DNA from: a virus
Taxonomy: Duplodnaviria > Heunggongvirae > Uroviricota > Caudoviricetes
IMG/VR virus record: IMGVR_UViG_2778261588_000008
Coordinates: 1-32,849 of that record
Length of the DNA: 32,849 nucleotides
Strand: one strand, 5' to 3'
Shown: positions 25,928 to 32,849 of the stretch, one piece after another
How positions within the stretch are numbered: the first letter of the stretch is position 1
How the letters are laid out: every line of letters starts with the position of its first letter
The notes under the pieces: generated by a model
The model's database searches: none
What the model was told of the DNA's origin: nothing
The model's input: the letters and a program-made list of their open reading frames with translations, nothing else
Program-made: the position numbers and the translations under genes

Positions 25928-26266
25928 ATGCAGGCGGGCAGATTACGTGATCGCGTAACTATTCTGAATGTCACCACCGCCCGCTCTCCGTCAGGGCATC
26001 CGGTGGAGACGGTGACGGAGGGAGCTACCGTATGGGCAGAAGTTAAGGGTATCAGCGGGAGGGAGAGAATATCAGGAGGTGCAGAAACCGCTCAGGCTAC
26101 GGTCAGAGTCTGGATGAGATTCCGACGCGATGTGACGGCAGCTTCACGTCTGAAAGTGCTGACCGGTGCATTCAAAGGAGCCATTCTTGGTATAGAAGGG
26201 CCACCAATACCGGATGCACGCGCCACCCGGCTTGAAATACTCTGCAGCCTGAAGGGGAATGTGTGA
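25928..26266 (+). CDS. head closure / head-tail adaptor protein
   Basis: 112 aa; GGAGGAA SD; position and size in HK97-type neck module. Confidence 0.65.
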   Translation: MQAGRLRDRVTILNVTTARSPSGHPVETVTEGATVWAEVKGISGRERISGGAETAQATVRVWMRFRRDVTAASRLKVLTGAFKGAILGIEGPPIPDARATRLEILCSLKGNV

Positions 26267-26712
26267 TGGATTTCAGTCTTGATTTTTCCGGCCTGGCGGA
26301 TATTGCACGGGATCTGGAGACGCTCAGCAGGGCAGAAAACAATAAGGTTCTGCGCGATGCCACCCGTGCCGGTGCTGAAGTTATGCGGGATGCAGTTGTT
26401 GAACGTGCGCCGGAGCGAACCGGGAAACTGAAGAAAAATGTGGTTGTTCTCACGCAGCGTTCAAAGCGTCGGGGGGAAATTATCTCGGGTGTCCACATTC
26501 GCGGACGGAACCTGCGAACCGGAAACAGTGATAACAGCATGAAAGCCAGCGATCCCCGAAATGCGTTTTACTGGCGCTTTGTGGAGCTGGGAACGATAAA
26601 CATGCCCGCGCATCCATTCATTCGCCCGGCTTTCGATACGACAGAGGAGCTGGCGGCGCAGGTTGCCATACAGCGAATGAATCAGGCTATTGATGAGGTC
26701 TTAAGTAAATGA
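26266..26712 (+). CDS. neck protein (HK97 gp10 family-like)
   Basis: ATG 26266 overlapping upstream stop; position in neck module. Confidence 0.6.
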   Translation: MDFSLDFSGLADIARDLETLSRAENNKVLRDATRAGAEVMRDAVVERAPERTGKLKKNVVVLTQRSKRRGEIISGVHIRGRNLRTGNSDNSMKASDPRNAFYWRFVELGTINMPAHPFIRPAFDTTEELAAQVAIQRMNQAIDEVLSK

Positions 26713-27053
26713 GGGAAGCCACACTGTATTCCCTGCTGTCTCAGTTGGCCGGAGGACAGGTTTATCCTTATGTGGTCCCGCTGACGGAGGGAAAGCCTGC
26801 GGTATCTCCGCCGTGGCTGGTGTTTTCTGTGGTGTCTGACACGGCGTCTGATGTGCTTGATGGTCAGGCTGAATCCAGAATTACCGTGCAGATCGATGTC
26901 TGGGCAACGGTGCCTGATGACGCAGATGATATCCGAGAACAGGCGCTTGATGCGGTAAGGCAACTTGTACCCTCCGTTATTTCTAAAACTCAGGGTTATG
27001 ATCCTGATTCCCGTCTGAGCAGAGCCACGCTTGAATTTCAGGTAATAGCCTGA
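26709..27053 (+). CDS. tail completion / tail terminator-like protein
   Basis: 114 aa; ATG overlaps upstream stop; last gene before major tail protein. Confidence 0.55.
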   Translation: MREATLYSLLSQLAGGQVYPYVVPLTEGKPAVSPPWLVFSVVSDTASDVLDGQAESRITVQIDVWATVPDDADDIREQALDAVRQLVPSVISKTQGYDPDSRLSRATLEFQVIA

Positions 27054-27074
27054 GGTCGTTAATGATTTTACCCA

Positions 27075-27097
27075 CCCGCCGCTGGCGGGTTTTTTTA
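27075..27097 (+). terminator. intrinsic terminator upstream of major tail gene
   Basis: CCCGCC-GCT-GGCGGG hairpin followed by T7. Confidence 0.6.
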
Positions 27098-27113
27098 TTT
27101 TCAGGAGACGAGT

Positions 27114-27818
27114 ATGTCCTCTAATTTTGAGCGTTCGCAACTGACGAAAATTATGATTTCGTCTGCACCGGTAACAGCAGAAACCCTGGATTCTGCCAGC
27201 TATCTTGGCCTGAGCTGTACAATCAAAGAGGTGCAGTTTACCGCAGGACAAAAGCAGGATATTGATGTCACCACGCTGTGTTCTGTTGAGCAGGAAAATA
27301 TTAACGGTCTTGGTGCCGCGTCAGAGATTTCCATGTCAGGCAACTTTTACCTCAATGCTGCCCAGAACGCGTTGCGCAGTGCCTATGACAATGACACCAC
27401 GTATGGCTTTAAAGTTATTTTTCCGTCAGGAAACGGATTTACCTTTATGGCAGAGGTGCGTCAGCATACCTGGTCTGCAGGAACCAATGGTGTTGTGGCT
27501 GCAACGTTTTCCCTGCGCCTGAAAGGTAAACCTGTGCTGGCGACAGAGCCGCTGAAAGTGAAGGTCGATTTAAACAGCACGCTGCAGGTTTCTGCCGGAG
27601 CGAAACTCGAAATGGTGGTTGAGGCTGCCGGTGGTGTGCCGCCTTATTCTTATGTCTGGAAGAAAGGTAGTTCTCCTGTTTCCGGACAGACGGCGGCAAC
27701 GTTCAGTAAGGCATTTGCAGTATCCGGTGATGCGGGCGCATATACCTGCGAGATTTCTGATTCAGCAAGCCCGGTTAACAAAGTGACCTCCACTTCCTGC
27801 ACTGTAACCGTCAGTTAA
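27114..27818 (+). CDS. major tail protein with C-terminal Ig-like domain (lambda V-like)
   Basis: 234 aa; CAGGAG SD; C-terminal ~90 aa has Ig-like pattern (PPYSYVWKKG ... GAYTCEISDS). Confidence 0.8.
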   Translation: MSSNFERSQLTKIMISSAPVTAETLDSASYLGLSCTIKEVQFTAGQKQDIDVTTLCSVEQENINGLGAASEISMSGNFYLNAAQNALRSAYDNDTTYGFKVIFPSGNGFTFMAEVRQHTWSAGTNGVVAATFSLRLKGKPVLATEPLKVKVDLNSTLQVSAGAKLEMVVEAAGGVPPYSYVWKKGSSPVSGQTAATFSKAFAVSGDAGAYTCEISDSASPVNKVTSTSCTVTVS

Positions 27819-28204
27819 TGAGGATGGGTGTGATGACTAAAAATATCCGTAATCTGGCTCTGGCAACGATGTCGGGGTTTCGCCATAAAACTGTTGATGT
27901 GCCTGAATGGGAAGGGGCAACGGTTGTATTACGGGAACCTTCTGCAGAAGCCTGGTTGCGCTGGCAGGAGATCGTTAAAGCAAAAGATGATGAGACACCG
28001 TTATCCGTTGCGGAGCGCGCCCGCCGAAATCTGGAGGCAGATGTTGAACTGTTCATTGATGTTCTGTGTGATACCGGACTGCAACCTGTATTTTCAGAGG
28101 ATGATCGTGAACAGGTGATTGCCGTGTATGGCCCGGTGCATGCGCGGCTTCTTCGGCAGTCTCTGGAACTGATCAGTGATGCCGGCGAGGTTAAAAAAAA
28201 GTAG
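27818..28204 (+). CDS. tail assembly chaperone (lambda G-like)
   Basis: 128 aa (alternative ATG at 27833 with better SD); ends ...GEVKKK* on slippery run A AAA AAG; acidic protein upstream of tape measure. Confidence 0.7.
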   Translation: MRMGVMTKNIRNLALATMSGFRHKTVDVPEWEGATVVLREPSAEAWLRWQEIVKAKDDETPLSVAERARRNLEADVELFIDVLCDTGLQPVFSEDDREQVIAVYGPVHARLLRQSLELISDAGEVKKK

Positions 28205-28506
28205 CGCTTCCGGGGATGCGTTTTCTGATGATGCTGGCACTCAGGATGGGGCGCACATTGTCAGAGTTACGCCGGGAAATGTCCGCATCAGAAATCATGA
28301 TGTGGGCAGAATTTGACAGGTTCAGCCCGCTGGGGGACGAACGGGCTGATATCCGGGCTGCCCAGATTGTTTCAGCTGTTTACGGTGCGCAGGGTGTCAA
28401 AGTACCACTGAATGATGCGCTTCTTCAGTGGGAGCATGAATCAGAAGAAAATAAATGCGATGATCCATTTATTGGATTAGAGGTTGCTCTAATGTCTTCA
28501 CTATAA
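28198..28506 (+). CDS. T-frame extension of tail assembly chaperone (G-T fusion via -1 programmed frameshift)
   Basis: Frame -1 relative to G is open from the slippery heptamer A-AAA-AAG (28195-28201) through 28506, reading ..KK-VALPG-MRFLMML.. with no intervening stop. Confidence 0.6.
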   Translation, partial: KVALPGMRFLMMLALRMGRTLSELRREMSASEIMMWAEFDRFSPLGDERADIRAAQIVSAVYGAQGVKVPLNDALLQWEHESEENKCDDPFIGLEVALMSSL

Positions 28507-28564
28507 GATAATTTTTTAATCGTTTTGAAATTGAATGCTTTACTCAAAGCCAGGAGGATTAATC

Positions 28565-28906
28565 ATGAGAAAATCAGTGGTGACATTAGCTTGTTTGTTT
28601 TTTATTAGTGCATGTAAGCCATCAGATAATTATGTTATTTCTTTAGGGGAAAACTTAGTTAAAGATAAGCTTATTGATCCTGATAGTGCAAAATTTAATT
28701 CTTTTTTTCATAAGTCAGGTGATTTATATGGTTATGTTTGTGGTGATGTTAATTCAAAAAACACGTTTGGTGGATATACAGGGAAAAAGCCATATTTTGT
28801 TTATTTGGAAGTTGTGGATGGAAAAGTTAAGAGTCATGGGACTGTAACAATTGTTAATGATCATGATCCAAGCAGTATGGAAAAATATAAGTTGTTTTGC
28901 CAATAA
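28565..28906 (+). CDS. lipoprotein moron (113 aa), unknown function
   Basis: ATG 28565 with AGGAGG SD (ORF-track start 28535 lacks SD); signal peptide with lipobox FISAC; visibly AT-rich; followed by terminator. Confidence 0.6.
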   Translation: MRKSVVTLACLFFISACKPSDNYVISLGENLVKDKLIDPDSAKFNSFFHKSGDLYGYVCGDVNSKNTFGGYTGKKPYFVYLEVVDGKVKSHGTVTIVNDHDPSSMEKYKLFCQ

Positions 28907-28920
28907 TTATCATCTTAAAA

Positions 28921-28941
28921 AACCGCAGAAGCGGTTTTTTT
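28921..28941 (+). terminator. intrinsic terminator after lipoprotein moron
   Basis: AACCGC-AGAA-GCGGTT hairpin followed by T-run. Confidence 0.7.
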
Positions 28942-28955
28942 ATGGGGTAAAGTAA

Positions 28956-31900
28956 ATGGCGACATTACGTGAGCTGATTATTAAAATCTCGGCAAATTCC
29001 CGGTCATTCCAGTCAGAGATCTCCCGGGCTTCGCGTATGGGGCAGGATTACTACCGTACCATGCAGAACGGAGGCCGGCAGTCCGCTGCTGCATCCCGTG
29101 AAATGCGGCGTGCACTGGCAGAAGTGACGGATCAGATAAATACAGCTAAATCTTCGGCACTGAATATGGCGGGGGCATTTGCCGGGGCTTTTGCTACCGG
29201 TCATCTTATTTCTCTCGCCGATGAGTGGAATTCAGTAAATGCCCGTCTGAAGCAGGCCTCACAGTCCACTGATGATTTTCAGGTATCACAACGTGAATTA
29301 ATGGCAATCAGCCAGAGAACGGGAACGGCGTTTTCTGATAACGCCAGCCTTTTTGCCCGCTCTGCAGCTTCCATGCGGGAGTATGGCTACAGTTCTGAGG
29401 AGGTACTGAAAGTCACCGAGGCTATCTCCACGGGCCTGAAATTATCCGGTGCCAGTGCAGCAGAAGCCAGTTCGGTGATCACGCAGTTCAGTCAGGCACT
29501 GGCGCAGGGAGTGCTGCGCGGTGAAGAATTTAACTCTGTGAATGAGAACGGCGATCGTGTTATTCGTGCGCTGGCTGCGGGAATGGGTGTTGCCCGTAAG
29601 GATCTGAAGGCCATGGCGGATAACGGAAAGTTGACCGCCGATAAGGTTGTTCCTGCACTGATTAGTCAGCTTGGGGCGTTGCGTGATGAATATGCAGCAA
29701 TGCCTGATACGGTTTCATCCTCTGCAACCAAAGTTGAAAACGCCTTTATGGCCTGGGTTGGTGGTGCGAACGAAGCAAGCGGAGTGACGAAGACGCTCTC
29801 CGGTGTGCTGAATGGTATTGCAGGCAATATTGACACTGTGGCAACCGCTGCCGGTGCTCTGGTTGCCGTCGGGGTAGCCCGATATTTTGGCAATATGGCA
29901 TCTTCTGCTGGATCTGCAACTGCCGGATTAATTACTGCAGCCAGAAACGAAGTAGCTCTTGCGGAAGCGCAGCTCCGGGGGACGCAGATAGCAACCGCCA
30001 GGGCGCGTGCGGCGGTTTATCGTGCGCAACAGGCGGTCGCGGCTACCCGTGGTACTGAAAGACAGGCAGCCGCAGAAGCGAAACTGGCTGCTGCCCAGGC
30101 ATCACTTACCCGTAATATTGCGGCCAGAACAGCAGCACAGACAACGCTGAATACTGTCACGTCAGTGGGGAGTCGTTTATTAAGTGGTGCGCTGGGGCTG
30201 GTTGGTGGTGTGCCGGGACTCGTCATGCTGGGGGCGACGGCCTGGTACACGATGTATCAGAATCAGGAGCAGGCCAGAGAATCTGCACGCCAGTATGCCG
30301 CAACAATCGACGAAATTCGCCAGAAAACGTCGGCAATGTCGCTTCCTGAAGCGTCAGATAATGAGGAAAAGACGCGGCAGGCACTGGAGGAACAAAATCG
30401 CCTGATTAACGAACAGGAAGGAAAAATTCGCGGACTGAAAAATCAAATTGCTGATTATCAACGTTGGCTTGATGAAAGTTCGCAGAGTGGTTCTGGTGCT
30501 GAAATCATCCTTAAAGGGCTTGCAGAAGCAACAAATCAACTGGCAGTTGAACAGTCCCGTCTCACACAAATGCAGGGCAAAGCGCAATCCATTCAGGATG
30601 TGCTTGCCGGGCTGGAGGAGCGACGAGTGGCGTTGATCCGTCAACAGGCAGCGGAACAAAACAAAGCGTATCAGTCCCTGTTGATCATGAATGGGAAGCA
30701 TACCGAGTTTAATCGCCTTCTCGGGCTTGGTAATGAATTACTTCAGCAGCGACAGGGGCTGGTGAATGTACCGTTACGGCTACCACAGGCAACTCTGGAT
30801 GATAAACAGCAGACCGCACTGAATAACAGCAAGCGCGAACTGGCTCTGTCCCGCCTTAAGGGGGAAGCGCGTGAGCGTGCCCGACTGGGCTATGCTGCGG
30901 ATGATCTCGGCTTTGTGGGAGAGGCGTATCGGACAGCCAGACAGAATTATATCAATAACTCACTGGATGCCTGGCGAAATAACCAGGCAAATAAACCCAA
31001 AGCGCATAAAAAGACCGAAGCGGAAAAAACAGAAGATATTTATAAACGGCTGATTAAACAGCAAAAAGAACAGATAGCACTGGCAGGGCAGAATACTGAA
31101 CTGGCTAAGATGAAATATCAGGTCAGTCAGGGCGAATTATCAACCCTGTCAGAAGCGCAGAAAAAAACGCTTTTGCAGAATGCAGCACTCATCGACCAGA
31201 AAAAGATTCGTGAGCAGCTTGCCGCGTATGAAAGCAGTCTGGCGGACAGTAATGCCAGTGCCCGGGCATCTGACGACGCGCAGTTGCTGGGATATGGTGA
31301 AGGCTCACGGATGCGTGAACGACTCCAGGAAATGTGGAGTATCCGGCATGAGTTTGAGCAGAAAAATAACGAGCTGCTGAGACAGTATCAGGCCGGAGAA
31401 ATTGAAGAAGCCCTGTGGAAACAGGAGAAAGAACTGAATAAAAAATATCTGGAAGAGCGTCTCAGCGATCAGCAGGATTATTATGCAAAGGCCGATGCTT
31501 TACGTAATAACTGGAATGCCGGACTCCAGGAGGGACTGACCAACTGGGCAGACAGTGCCACCGATTATGCTTCACAGGCGGCAGATGCTGTTGTTTCCAC
31601 GATGGACGGGCTGGTATCAAATATTTCCGATGCACTGGCCGGGAATGTTGTGGAGTGGAGGAACTGGGGGAGTTCAGTTCTCCGGGAAGTTTCAAAAATT
31701 CTGATGAATGCGGCCATTGTTAACGGACTGAAGTCACTCTCCGGTGCCGGAGGGTGGCTTGGTACGGTCGGCGGATGGATTTCGGGGGCGGTGGCAAACG
31801 CAAAAGGTGGTGTTTACACATCGGCAAATCTGAGTGCTTACAGTAACACTATTGTGGATACACCGACGTATTTTGCTTTTGCGAAAGGTGCCGGGCTGAT

Positions 31901-32156
31901 GGGCGAGGCCGGGCCTGAAGCTATCATGCCACTGACACGGGCAGCGGACGGCTCTCTTGGGGTCAGGGCCATTGGCAATGTGAATGGTGGCGGTGGATTT
32001 GTTTATTCTCCCGTGTATCACATTAGCATTCAGAATCAAGGGAGCAATGGCGAGATAGATACGCGCTCAGCCAGGGGACTGGTGGATCTGATCGACAGCA
32101 GGGTTGTGTCAATTATGCAGTCATCGCGTCGGGATGGAGGATTATACAGTGCCTGA
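28956..32156 (+). CDS. tail tape measure protein
   Basis: 1066 aa; Ala/Gln-rich coiled-coil interior, hydrophobic Gly-rich stretches, located between GT chaperone and M/L genes. Confidence 0.9.
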   Translation: MATLRELIIKISANSRSFQSEISRASRMGQDYYRTMQNGGRQSAAASREMRRALAEVTDQINTAKSSALNMAGAFAGAFATGHLISLADEWNSVNARLKQASQSTDDFQVSQRELMAISQRTGTAFSDNASLFARSAASMREYGYSSEEVLKVTEAISTGLKLSGASAAEASSVITQFSQALAQGVLRGEEFNSVNENGDRVIRALAAGMGVARKDLKAMADNGKLTADKVVPALISQLGALRDEYAAMPDTVSSSATKVENAFMAWVGGANEASGVTKTLSGVLNGIAGNIDTVATAAGALVAVGVARYFGNMASSAGSATAGLITAARNEVALAEAQLRGTQIATARARAAVYRAQQAVAATRGTERQAAAEAKLAAAQASLTRNIAARTAAQTTLNTVTSVGSRLLSGALGLVGGVPGLVMLGATAWYTMYQNQEQARESARQYAATIDEIRQKTSAMSLPEASDNEEKTRQALEEQNRLINEQEGKIRGLKNQIADYQRWLDESSQSGSGAEIILKGLAEATNQLAVEQSRLTQMQGKAQSIQDVLAGLEERRVALIRQQAAEQNKAYQSLLIMNGKHTEFNRLLGLGNELLQQRQGLVNVPLRLPQATLDDKQQTALNNSKRELALSRLKGEARERARLGYAADDLGFVGEAYRTARQNYINNSLDAWRNNQANKPKAHKKTEAEKTEDIYKRLIKQQKEQIALAGQNTELAKMKYQVSQGELSTLSEAQKKTLLQNAALIDQKKIREQLAAYESSLADSNASARASDDAQLLGYGEGSRMRERLQEMWSIRHEFEQKNNELLRQYQAGEIEEALWKQEKELNKKYLEERLSDQQDYYAKADALRNNWNAGLQEGLTNWADSATDYASQAADAVVSTMDGLVSNISDALAGNVVEWRNWGSSVLREVSKILMNAAIVNGLKSLSGAGGWLGTVGGWISGAVANAKGGVYTSANLSAYSNTIVDTPTYFAFAKGAGLMGEAGPEAIMPLTRAADGSLGVRAIGNVNGGGGFVYSPVYHISIQNQGSNGEIDTRSARGLVDLIDSRVVSIMQSSRRDGGLYSA

Positions 32157-32490
32157 GCCTGAAGTTTTTAACTGGATCCCCCGTGAGGGGATGGAGACGA
32201 CACGAAAGCCATCAGTTATTACGGTAAAGTTTGGTGACGGATATGAACAGCGACGGGCTGGTGGGCTGAATGCGGATCTGAAAACGTTTAAACCGGTATT
32301 TCGTGTCACAGATGAATACTCCCGTGCCGCGCTGGACAGTTTTTTATCCCGTCATGCCGGGATTCGTGCTTTTTTGTGGCGCCCGCCAAAACACAACAGG
32401 ACTGTCCGGGTTGTCTGCAGGGAGTGGAGCATTTCGGATAATGCCATGTATACCGATTTTAACTGTACCTTTGAAGAGGTCACTCACTGA
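32134..32490 (+). CDS. M: minor tail protein M (lambda gpM-like)
   Basis: Motifs shared with lambda M as recalled: FGDGY.QR...GLNA.LKT, FLW.PP, F.EV; start either ATG 32134 or GTG 32149 (GGAGGA SD); overlaps end of tape measure gene. Confidence 0.8.
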   Translation: MEDYTVPEPEVFNWIPREGMETTRKPSVITVKFGDGYEQRRAGGLNADLKTFKPVFRVTDEYSRAALDSFLSRHAGIRAFLWRPPKHNRTVRVVCREWSISDNAMYTDFNCTFEEVTH

Positions 32491-32849
32491 TGCAGGATAT
32501 ACAGCAGGAAACACTCAATGAGTGCACTAAAACGGAGCAATCCGCGCTGGTCGTGCTCTGGGAAATTGATCTGACAGAGGTCGGCGGAGATCGTTACTTT
32601 TTCTGCAATGAGCAGAACGAAAAAGGTGAACCAGTCACCTGGCAGGGGCGGCAGTATCAGGCCTATCCCATTCAGGGAAGTGGATTTGAGATGAACGGCA
32701 AAGGAGCCAGTGCAAGGCCAACGCTGAAAGTCTCTAATCTGCACGGCATGGTCACCGGGATGGCGGAAGACCTGCAGAGTCTGGTCGGCGGAACGGTGGT
32801 CCGGCGTAAGGTTTACGCCCGTTTTCTGGATGCGGTGAACTTCGTCAAC
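32490..32849 (+). CDS. L: minor tail protein L (lambda gpL-like), truncated by window edge
   Basis: ATG overlaps M stop (ATGA); hand translation MQDIQQETLNECTKTEQSALVVLWEIDLTEVGGDRYFFCNEQNEKGEPVTWQGRQYQAYPIQGSGFEMNGKG... is near-identical to lambda L N-terminus as recalled. Not in ORF track because no stop within window. Confidence 0.85.
   Translation, partial: MQDIQQETLNECTKTEQSALVVLWEIDLTEVGGDRYFFCNEQNEKGEPVTWQGRQYQAYPIQGSGFEMNGKGASARPTLKVSNLHGMVTGMAEDLQSLVGGTVVRRKVYARFLDAVNFVN

Noticed and set aside
29013-30701. Minus-strand ORFs within the tape measure gene
   Set aside because: Antisense shadows of the tape measure ORF with Ala/Pro/Thr-rich low-complexity translations.

Overview
This window is almost entirely one lambdoid prophage in prophage gene order. 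Left to right: integrase (stop codon at positions 1-3) and excisionase on the minus strand; a leftward early operon of mostly unrecognisable small genes that includes an SPFH/band-7 lipoprotein module and an XRE-type HTH protein followed by a stand-alone paralog of its N-terminal domain; a CI (S24 peptidase) / Cro immunity switch; a rightward early block with an ORF6N-type antirepressor-like protein, a Lar-like restriction-alleviation protein, Rha, an O-like initiator containing a phased iteron array, a DnaC-like loader and a DnaB-like helicase; a small Q-like gene; an AT-rich, counter-oriented two-gene cassette (4-TM membrane protein + 294-aa protein); an orphan N6-adenine DNA methyltransferase; a glyT-like tRNA-Gly(UCC); about 750 bp of structured non-coding DNA; lysis genes (two membrane proteins + GH108-type endolysin, no recognisable spanins); then HNH endonuclease, putative cos, TerS/TerL, portal, prohead protease, HK97-fold capsid, connector and neck proteins, major tail protein with Ig-like C-terminus, G/GT frameshifted chaperone, an AT-rich lipoprotein moron, tape measure, and lambda-like M and L (L runs off the right edge). 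No CRISPR array, rRNA or IS element was seen. The strongest candidates for an undescribed system are the counter-oriented cassette at 12562-13973 and the SPFH module at 2451-3594. All product calls rest on motif recognition by eye and gene context; no database search or computation was run, and start codons were re-checked by hand because the ORF track uses alternative starts.
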